Of a stretch of DNA of 64,000 nucleotides, positions 43,413 through 49,489 are shown in pieces. The DNA comes from a virus, in IMG/VR virus record IMGVR_UViG_3300012078_000001, positions 1 to 64,000 of that record; one strand, given 5' to 3'. The notes below the pieces were generated by a model, which was given only the letters and a program-made list of their open reading frames with translations, did not search any database and had not been told where the DNA came from. A program made the translations under genes and the position numbers. The first letter of the stretch is position 1; each line of letters opens with the position of its first letter.

Positions 43413-44408
43413 ATGGCAGAAATGAGATTTTTTAAAGCGAATGAAATCGATGATCAAATATTTTATCAAGTCCCTAAATCATTATTCAATAACCCTCGGT
43501 ATCAAGAAAATAAGGACTTGAAACGCAAAGCCTTAAGTCTTGAAGGTAAAATGGTTTATTCTATTTTAAGAGATAGGATGAATCTTTCACTAAAAAACGG
43601 ATGGATTAATGAAAATGATGAAGTTTTTCTGAAATTCAAGCGATCAGACTTAATGCAACTTCTTGAGTGTGGTTGGGAAAAAATAACGAAAGTCATGAAA
43701 GAACTTAACGATTATGAATTGATTTATGAAAAAAAATTAGGGCGTGGCATGACCAATGAAATTTACATTTGCCATGTTAAATTAAAAGAAAAAACACCTT
43801 CCAGCCCAGTAAATTCAACAGAAAACAATAGAACTTCGAAAATCGAAGAACAAGAACTTCGAAAATCGAAGAACAAGAACTTCGAAAATCGTAGTTCAAG
43901 AACTTCGAAAATCGAAGGCTATAGTAATACTGATATTAGTAATACTGATATTAGTAATACTGATATTAATAAAACAACAACAACAAAAGCTGCTGTTGTT
44001 GTTCCTTCGGCTACGCCTGTAGAGACGGACAAGCATAATAAAGTTATCGCCAAAGCAGAAGCTTGCGGCGTTAAAAAAACTACTGTCAAAAAACATATTA
44101 AACAAAAAGGATTATCCGCTGTTGCAGATCAAGTTACTAATTTAGAAAAAGCTATTGCCGAAGGTATTAAAAATAGAAAGCCAATATTAAGCCCTGGTGC
44201 ATGGTTACATACTGCATTACAAGAAGGATTTGTAGATACTAAGACTATTCGCGATCAAGAGAAAGCAATAGCGCAAGAGAAAGCTGCTGATATGCGGAAA
44301 GCTGCGGAGGAAATTTTATTAGCTGAAAGCGAACAATTCTTGCCTATTGATTATTCTACTAGCTTGTTTGCAATGAGAGCACCATTAGGTGTATTACAGG
44401 CTGTCTAG
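43413..44408 (+). CDS. repA: RepA_N-family plasmid replication initiator
   Basis: FFKANEIDDQIFYQVPKSLF..LSLEGKMVYSILRDRMNLSLKNGWINENDEVFLKF...ITKVMKELNDYELIYEKKLGRGMTNEIYI. Confidence 0.85.
   Translation: MAEMRFFKANEIDDQIFYQVPKSLFNNPRYQENKDLKRKALSLEGKMVYSILRDRMNLSLKNGWINENDEVFLKFKRSDLMQLLECGWEKITKVMKELNDYELIYEKKLGRGMTNEIYICHVKLKEKTPSSPVNSTENNRTSKIEEQELRKSKNKNFENRSSRTSKIEGYSNTDISNTDISNTDINKTTTTKAAVVVPSATPVETDKHNKVIAKAEACGVKKTTVKKHIKQKGLSAVADQVTNLEKAIAEGIKNRKPILSPGAWLHTALQEGFVDTKTIRDQEKAIAQEKAADMRKAAEEILLAESEQFLPIDYSTSLFAMRAPLGVLQAV
43830..43920 (+). repeat. four 23-nt direct repeats (iterons) inside repA
   Basis: AGAACTTCGAAAATCGAAGAACA x4. The period is not a multiple of 3, and each unit contains the CTTCGA..TCGAAG palindrome. 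Confidence 0.85.
43923..43967 (+). repeat. three 15-nt direct repeats inside repA
   Basis: AGTAATACTGATATT x3 (encodes SNTDI x3). Confidence 0.85.
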
Positions 44409-44536
44409 CGAATGGTTTCTTGCTATTCATCTTCGATCAGATCAGCAGTTGCTTTTTAACTTCATCTTGGTTATCGAAACGATCTGTAGTGCCGTTTTTA
44501 GCTCCATCACAAGGTTTTTATTACTGATACATAGTT

Positions 44537-45187
44537 TTACTTGTCCAACGTATTAAAAGACTTGTATTGGCTGTTTGCTTGTTTATATTCTTCGTCTAAT
44601 TGCTTTGATAATTTGTAGAATGTATTTTTTTTCACGTCTGCTTTTTCCATAGCTTTAACTGCGGTAATGTAACCTTTCTTCCATTCCAGGTAGGCATTGC
44701 GTAGCTGTTCTGTGATCTTAGCTTTCGGTCTGCCGAAGTTTTGTTTCTTGGCTAGGGCTAAATCAATTCCTTCGCGCTGCCGTTGTAGTAATTTATTTCT
44801 TTCCTGTTCGGCAAGATAACTGAGTAAACTAAGAAATTGATCTTCCATGAGTTTACCAATGTCACCCATTGCTTTAAACTTCCGACTATCGAAAAGACTC
44901 TCTTGATCTAATATGACAATGTCAGCTTGTAGATCGCGAGTGATTTCTTTCCACTCCTTAATAATTCCCTCGTAGTTTCTCCCCAGCCGATCTAAGGAGT
45001 CGATATAGATTAAGTCACCTTCTCTAATGATACGCTTCATAGCTTGGTATTCTGGTCGATCAAAGTCTTTGCCGCTTTGTTTGTCTACAAAGATAAAGCG
45101 TTCTAGTATACCTAATTCTTTTAGTTTTTTAATTTGTCTTTCTGGATTTTGACTTCGATCTGAAACACGCACATACCCCATTTCCAT
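44537..45187 (-). CDS. small serine recombinase (resolvase/invertase family)
   Basis: MEMGYVRVSDRSQNPERQ catalytic-Ser motif; C-terminal HTH; 216 aa. Confidence 0.9.
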   Translation of the reverse strand: MEMGYVRVSDRSQNPERQIKKLKELGILERFIFVDKQSGKDFDRPEYQAMKRIIREGDLIYIDSLDRLGRNYEGIIKEWKEITRDLQADIVILDQESLFDSRKFKAMGDIGKLMEDQFLSLLSYLAEQERNKLLQRQREGIDLALAKKQNFGRPKAKITEQLRNAYLEWKKGYITAVKAMEKADVKKNTFYKLSKQLDEEYKQANSQYKSFNTLDK

Positions 45188-45239
45188 TTTTTTGCTCCGA
45201 TCAATAAAAATAAGAATACTTGTATTAATTATATCGTTT

Positions 45240-45344
45240 ATGTTTGTAAAGTCCTATACTTTTACAAACATGTTTGTAAAGTCGATTTATACACATTTAC
45301 AAACGCAAAAAAGGGGCGTTTGTAAAGTACACTTTTACAAACAC
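45240..45344. promoter_or_regulatory. res-like site: three inverted-repeat pairs of (A/C)TGTTTGTAAAG
   Basis: Half-sites at 45240-45251/45259-45271, 45270-45281/45294-45305 and 45318-45328/45332-45344, directly upstream of the recombinase gene. Confidence 0.6.
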
Positions 45345-45353
45345 TTTCACAAG

Positions 45354-45384
45354 AAAAAATAGAGACTAGCAAGTGCTAGTCCCT
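45354..45384 (-). terminator. cassette terminator T5 (AGAGACTAGC stem, 1 mismatch)
   Basis: 45361-45370 pairs with 45375-45384; overlaps the stop of the ORF at 45376. Confidence 0.7.
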
Positions 45385-45606
45385 GTATGTTTTCCAATGT
45401 TTTACTGTTACGGTTTTGAATTTACCATTTGAATATAATTTTACTTCACCATTAGTTTCATTAAAAACATAAATCCCTTCAAAAGCCCTAAGATGAATTT
45501 CGTTCACTCCGATGCGTATTGCTTTAGAATAATTGTCCTTGTCAATATAATAAGTTGCTGCTTCATCGTCGTTCCAATCTATGTGTAACATTTCTTGTTG
45601 TTGCAT
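45376..45606 (-). CDS. hypothetical protein sharing only its first ~8 codons with the coiled-coil paralogues
   Basis: Start ATG 45606, behind GGAG; MQQQEMLHIDWNDDEAATYY... Confidence 0.55.
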   Translation of the reverse strand: MQQQEMLHIDWNDDEAATYYIDKDNYSKAIRIGVNEIHLRAFEGIYVFNETNGEVKLYSNGKFKTVTVKHWKTYRD

Positions 45607-45635
45607 TTGATTCACTCCTGGTAGTTAGTCCTTTG

Positions 45636-45902
45636 TTAATATAAGTTTTTGAAGATGTTCTTCTCGCCTTCTTCGATTTTGCGATATGTGTTCTCGCAAG
45701 CCTTAATCATAGCTTGATTTGCTTCTTTGAGGTTACGAATATCTTCTTTAGTAGCCATATTGGATTCGATAAAAGTAATTCGTGACTCCATAGAGTTAAT
45801 CTTTGAGTCCATAGAATTAATTCGTGAGTCCATAGAATTAATTTTTGATTCCATAGATATTAGCTTTTCAAATATTTTGGTTAACATTTCTTCTTGTTGC
45901 AT
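45636..45902 (-). CDS. coiled-coil paralogue B
   Basis: MQQEEMLTKIFEKLISMESKINSMDSRINSMDSKINSMESRI...; 21-nt repeats at 45771-45855. Confidence 0.55.
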   Translation of the reverse strand: MQQEEMLTKIFEKLISMESKINSMDSRINSMDSKINSMESRITFIESNMATKEDIRNLKEANQAMIKACENTYRKIEEGEKNIFKNLY

Positions 45903-45940
45903 TTGATGCACTCCTAGTTATTAATAATACTAGTTTCAAC

Positions 45941-45971
45941 ACAAGAGACTAGCATTATACTAGTCTCTTGT
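45941..45971 (-). terminator. cassette hairpin T6 (ACAAGAGACTAG stem, no T-run)
   Basis: 45941-45952 pairs with 45960-45971. Confidence 0.55.
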
Positions 45972-45980
45972 ATTGGTTAA

Positions 45981-46331
45981 TTAAGCTGTCTCTCTTTTTT
46001 CTCTTTCGTCTTTAAGTAAATCGATTTCAACAGCATTTTGCGTACAATCCACTGTCAGTCTGCGTAACCATGCTGAATGAAGCTTTTGTTCTTTTTGTAT
46101 ATTCTCAACTTCTTGATATGTTTTCTCGCAAATCTTAATTATAGCTTGATCTGCTTCTTTAAGGTGGCGAACATCTTCTTTAAGATCGCGAATATCTTCT
46201 TTGGTAGCCATATTTTGTTTAATATCTTTAACTTCTGATTCCATAGAATTAATTCGTGATTCCATAGAGTTAATCTTTGATTCCATAGATACTAGCTTTT
46301 CAAATATTTTGGTTAGCATTTCTTCTTGCAC
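45981..46331 (-). CDS. coiled-coil paralogue C
   Basis: GTG 46331, 9 nt after AAGGAG; VQEEMLTKIFEKLVSMESKINSMESRINSMESEV...; the C-terminal half is similar to paralogue A. Confidence 0.55.
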   Translation of the reverse strand: MQEEMLTKIFEKLVSMESKINSMESRINSMESEVKDIKQNMATKEDIRDLKEDVRHLKEADQAIIKICEKTYQEVENIQKEQKLHSAWLRRLTVDCTQNAVEIDLLKDEREKRETA

Positions 46332-46370
46332 ATTGACCATCTCCTTAATATTAATTATACCATACACATC

Positions 46371-46381
46371 CTGCGGAGCAG
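46371..46381 (+). repeat. C-GNA-G mini-hairpin CTGCGGAGCAG
   Basis: About 40 nt upstream of paralogue C; followed by AAAATA. Confidence 0.6.
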
Positions 46382-46391
46382 AAAATAATTA

Positions 46392-46574
46392 TCATACTTG
46401 CTGAGATGTACCTCTCGCTATATTTGCTAGACGCTCCTCTACTTCTTTTAGTTCTTCTTCATCTAATTCTTCAAGGAACTTTTTGGTATCCTGCCATTCT
46501 TCTGCATTTTTCTCTGCATTCTCATATTCAATTAAGGCTGCTTCGACAGCGGCTACTATGCTTTTCTCTGTCAT
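46392..46574 (-). CDS. 60-aa acidic hypothetical protein, third gene of the brnTA unit
   Basis: Start ATG 46574; MTEKSIVAAVEAALIEYENAEKNAEEWQD... Confidence 0.45.
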   Translation of the reverse strand: MTEKSIVAAVEAALIEYENAEKNAEEWQDTKKFLEELDEEELKEVEERLANIARGTSQQV

Positions 46575-46670
46575 TCCCCTGCCACGCCATATACTGCGTC
46601 TACCTCCATCACATACCACCTTGACAATTGCAGGGTCATGGTATTCTGTCCAGCTATTGCAATGCGTTAT

Positions 46671-46937
46671 TCATTTTTGTAATTCCTTTTGTAGTTTTTC
46701 AGCAATCCAACTACGAACCATAGTTTGATATGGAATATCTTTTTTAGCTGCTATTTCTTTTAATGATTCAATTTGATTATTTCTTAGACGTATTGTGATA
46801 GGTCGTAAATTCTTTTGTAGAGCAGGGTCAAGTGTTACTTCTATTTCCTTAGTTTCGTCAATGAGTTCGACAGTATTAGCGGTAGACCAGAATTCTACTT
46901 CTTCTTCCAGGTTGTTAAATTTAATTTCTTTAGTCAC
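46671..46937 (-). CDS. brnA: BrnA-type (RHH/CopG-like) antitoxin
   Basis: C-terminal ITIRLRNNQIESLKEIAAKKDIPYQTMVRSWIAEKL; ATGA-type overlap with the toxin gene. Confidence 0.7.
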   Translation of the reverse strand: MTKEIKFNNLEEEVEFWSTANTVELIDETKEIEVTLDPALQKNLRPITIRLRNNQIESLKEIAAKKDIPYQTMVRSWIAEKLQKELQK

Positions 46938-47236
46938 TATATACCCCTCCTGTTTTTGTAGTAATATCGCTTTTCTTCTTGCTCCATTTCTCTAGCTGTG
47001 ATGATCGTAATTTCATTTATGTTCTCAATTTCATATACTACGACTAACAATCTTCCTTGATCAGTCTCACCATATGCTAAGTATCGTCGTTTATTGTTAG
47101 CGACAATTTTAGAGACTTTGTATACTGGATAATTCCAGAATACTTCCTCTGCTTCATACTTATCTACGTTGTGTTTCCAGTCAGCATGCCAGGATTTAAT
47201 AAAGTTGATTGTTTTGATTCGCAAGTAATGTACCAT
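46937..47236 (-). CDS. brnT: BrnT-type (DUF497) toxin
   Basis: W.ADWKHNVDKY.AEEVF...YGETDQGRLLVVVYE...ITIITAREMEQEEKRYY. Start moved to ATG 47236. Confidence 0.7.
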   Translation of the reverse strand: MVHYLRIKTINFIKSWHADWKHNVDKYEAEEVFWNYPVYKVSKIVANNKRRYLAYGETDQGRLLVVVYEIENINEITIITAREMEQEEKRYYYKNRRGI

Positions 47237-47304
47237 TTGATCACAACCTCTGCTATTATAGTTTATCATTTTGTATGTACAATGTAAATACATTAAAATA
47301 AACC

Positions 47305-47315
47305 CTGCGAAGCAG
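47305..47315 (+). repeat. C-GNA-G mini-hairpin CTGCGAAGCAG (contains GCGAAGC)
   Basis: About 70 nt upstream of brnT; no leftward gene lies upstream of it. Confidence 0.6.
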
Positions 47316-47376
47316 AAATATTTCAAGTTAAAAGTTAATAATTTATGAAAATAAAAATAAAAATTGACAAAACTTG

Positions 47377-47409
47377 TTGACTAAAATACGTTTTTTTGCA
47401 CTATAGTAT
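47377..47409 (+). promoter_or_regulatory. late promoter-like site, copy c (before terS)
   Basis: TTGACT 47377-47382, 19 nt, TATAGT 47402-47407; core CACTATAGTAT 47399-47409. Confidence 0.55.
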
Positions 47410-47444
47410 AGGGATTAATTCAAAGGTAGAAAGAAGGTGAAAAC

Positions 47445-47939
47445 ATGACAGATGAGGAGATATTGAATGCTAGACCTAAATATAATCGTAATGGAGGATG
47501 TAATAAAAAGCCTGGAAGAAAGAGAGCAAAACCTTTAAAATTAAAGCCTAGAGAGGATAAGTTTGTACAGGTATTTCTTGATACAGGAAGTCAAAGTATT
47601 GCTAAGAAAGAAGCAGGATATAGTAAAGATTACCAACCTCTAGGTAATAAGGATATTGCTAAGGCTGTGACTGAAAAAAGACAAGAATTATGGGATAAAT
47701 TTGTAGAAAATGCAGAAGAAGCAATACAAATACAATTAATGATTATGAGAAGCGATAGCGCAAGCTATAAGACTAGACTTGATGCTACCAACAGCGTACT
47801 TGATAGGGCTGGATTAAAGCCTGCTGAAAGGAAGGAAATCACTGGTGCAGATGGAGGTGCTGTACAAGTTGAGAACAAGGTTACTGCTGAGATGGCTCAA
47901 AGAGCTAGGATGCTATTGGTGGAGAAAGGTGAAATATAG
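47445..47939 (+). CDS. terS: terminase small subunit (Terminase_2/P27-like)
   Basis: LKPREDKFVQVFLDTGSQSIAKKEAGYSKDY HTH signature; position is upstream of terL. Confidence 0.8.
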   Translation: MTDEEILNARPKYNRNGGCNKKPGRKRAKPLKLKPREDKFVQVFLDTGSQSIAKKEAGYSKDYQPLGNKDIAKAVTEKRQELWDKFVENAEEAIQIQLMIMRSDSASYKTRLDATNSVLDRAGLKPAERKEITGADGGAVQVENKVTAEMAQRARMLLVEKGEI

Positions 47940-47954
47940 TGCTTGCTCCTAAGA

Positions 47955-47975
47955 CCCCCTAGTTTATCTAGGGGG
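47955..47975 (+). terminator. hairpin after terS
   Basis: CCCCCTAG 47955-47962 / CTAGGGGG 47968-47975. Confidence 0.6.
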
Positions 47976-47992
47976 ATATTTATTGAAACCAT

Positions 47993-48046
47993 CGTCGTAA
48001 CCCTCGTAACCCTCGTAACCCTCGTAACCCTCGTAACCTCTCGTAC
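47993..48046 (+). repeat. tandem 9-mer array CGTAACCCT x4 plus degenerate copies
   Basis: Perfect copies at 47996-48031, flanked by partial copies. Confidence 0.9.
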
Positions 48047-48051
48047 TACCT

Positions 48052-48099
48052 AGGGGTGGGGCTTCTATATGTGTACCCCTATGAAGCTTACCCCACCCC
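48052..48099. other. GC-rich long hairpin next to the 9-mer array
   Basis: AGGGGTGGGGCTTC 48052-48065 pairs with GAAGC 48083-48087 and CCCCACCCC 48091-48099. Confidence 0.7.
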
Positions 48100-48250
48100 C
48101 AATATAAACAAGCTTACTCAAAAATATTTTTCTCATATTTAATTCCCCAAAAAAATTTTTTACAAATTTTAGCACAAACCTATTTAGACTTTGAAAATAA
48201 AAACGACTATATAATCTGTAAAGTGGGCGAAGTGGAGGAAATAAAACTTA

Positions 48251-48433
48251 ATGAAATCTAATTTACCTGTTCAAAATCAACCTTCAATATATATACTAGT
48301 TCATGTTAATTTTGGGATGGTATTGTCTGTTTATAATAATTTGCGAAGTGCTAAATTTCGTAAAAATCAACTTGCTAAAGGTAAATACAAAATCCTAAAA
48401 GTAACTGGTGTGGAGGAAATTACTTGTGACTAA
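48251..48433 (+). CDS. hypothetical protein (60 aa)
   Basis: GGAGG RBS upstream; small basic protein. Confidence 0.4.
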   Translation: MKSNLPVQNQPSIYILVHVNFGMVLSVYNNLRSAKFRKNQLAKGKYKILKVTGVEEITCD

Positions 48434-48590
48434 AAATTTTATTCATCACAATTGCTCGAACTTACCACCTGTAGCGGAAATATATCACGAGATCTCAACA
48501 AATGAATTTTTATTTAGAATTGGTGATTATATCGTGCTTGAGGTAGATTATTGCCCTTATTGTGGCAATAAATTAAGTATCGAAATGTGA
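48426..48590 (+). CDS. hypothetical small protein with a C-terminal CPYCG motif
   Basis: GTG 48426, 9 nt after GGAGG; the track start 48408 overlaps the RBS. Confidence 0.4.
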   Translation: MTKNFIHHNCSNLPPVAEIYHEISTNEFLFRIGDYIVLEVDYCPYCGNKLSIEM

Positions 48591-48822
48591 TTTTAATAAA
48601 AAATCAAGGGGATAAATAAATGTATATTACACTTGAAACACTATTTTTTCTTTGGTTCGTAGGTGGTATAGTTTTCGCGTATATTGTAAAAAAATACTTG
48701 GACTTTGAAGATGAAAGCATAACTAAATAATCCTTAATATGAGTATCATTCTTTACATATGGCTTTTTGTATGGCTTTTTCTCTGTATTTTAGTAAACAT
48801 TAACAAAGGAAGTGATTAATTT

Positions 48823-48990
48823 ATGAGATGTTGTAATCGAGACATGACCTATACCTATGAGTATAACGAAAATCCAATACCAATTACCACAATTCGCAGT
48901 AAATGTCCAGGTTGTGGGCGTGTAGCTGTTACCAGTGTTCGTGGTAGGCATATTGATGATGTACTTATCACTGAAAACATAGAGGAATAA
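48823..48990 (+). CDS. 55-aa zinc-ribbon-like protein
   Basis: AAAGGAAGTGA RBS; MRCCNRDMTYTYEYNENPIPITTIRSKCPGCGRVAV...; replaces the spurious minus ORF 48790-48996. Confidence 0.45.
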   Translation: MRCCNRDMTYTYEYNENPIPITTIRSKCPGCGRVAVTSVRGRHIDDVLITENIEE

Positions 48991-49072
48991 TGACAAGAAT
49001 ATGTCCAGAATGCAAATAAAAAAGACGTAAAAAAAATTTAAAAAAATATTTTAAATTTTTTTCTAAAACAGG

Positions 49073-49104
49073 TTGTATTTTGGGGTAGTTTTTCACTATA
49101 GTAT
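49073..49104 (+). promoter_or_regulatory. late promoter-like site, copy d (before the terL leader)
   Basis: TTGTAT 49073-49078, 18 nt, TATAGT 49097-49102; core CACTATAGTAT 49094-49104. Confidence 0.55.
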
Positions 49105-49107
49105 GTA

Positions 49108-49489
49108 ATGTGTTAATTTGTATTATATATATTATATATTAGTAATATCTCTCGAACAGTGATAACTAAACAAGGGGAGACGAAGGGATAACCCTTGATG
49201 GAAAATTATAGAAAATAGTAATAGAATTGCTTTATTCCCTCAACTTTCCCCTAATTTGATAGTGTTGGGACGTAGCAGACCACAGATGCATATGTGGTAA
49301 ATCAATGGCAGGCTACGACGAAAGGACAGCGAAGAACATTCATTAAGTAATGATTGGATAGAATGTGGAGGGGCTGTTACTACCATAGGTAGATTAGCTA
49401 CTTGTGGAGACTCAACGAACGCTGGGAGAATAATCTGTGTTCCCTTTGCGGTTGGTGGTTAAATCGCAAAATAACAAAAAGGAGAAACA
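49108..49489 (+). ncRNA. long structured 5' leader of terL (function unknown)
   Basis: About 380 nt with no ORF longer than 13 codons. Helices: CAAGGG 49171-49176 / CCCTTG 49192-49197; CGTAGC 49271-49276 / GCTACG 49312-49317 enclosing CCACA 49280-49284 / TGTGG 49293-49297; CTACC/GGTAG 49380-49392. Confidence 0.4.

Noticed and set aside
44537-45187. The serine recombinase as the prophage integrase or as a Gin/Cin-type tail-fibre invertase
   Set aside because: At 216 aa it is resolvase-sized, not a large serine integrase. It is adjacent to repA and a three-subsite res-like region, and far from the fibre genes. No inverted crossover sites flank the fibre genes.
47993-48046. The 9-mer array as a CRISPR array or telomere-type repeat (it contains AACCCT)
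   Set aside because: The units are directly abutting with no spacers, and only ~5 copies sit inside a circularly permuted phage map. No cas gene or protelomerase gene is present.
48790-48996. 68-aa minus-strand ORF
   Set aside because: The opposite strand carries a 55-aa zinc-ribbon ORF with a good RBS, in the same orientation as all neighbouring genes.
49108-49489. A group I/II intron or intein-type interruption of terL (similarly considered for nrdD and dnaE)
   Set aside because: terL (with its Walker A region ~60 aa from the N-terminus), nrdD and dnaE are each single uninterrupted ORFs of normal length. No upstream terL exon fragment is present.
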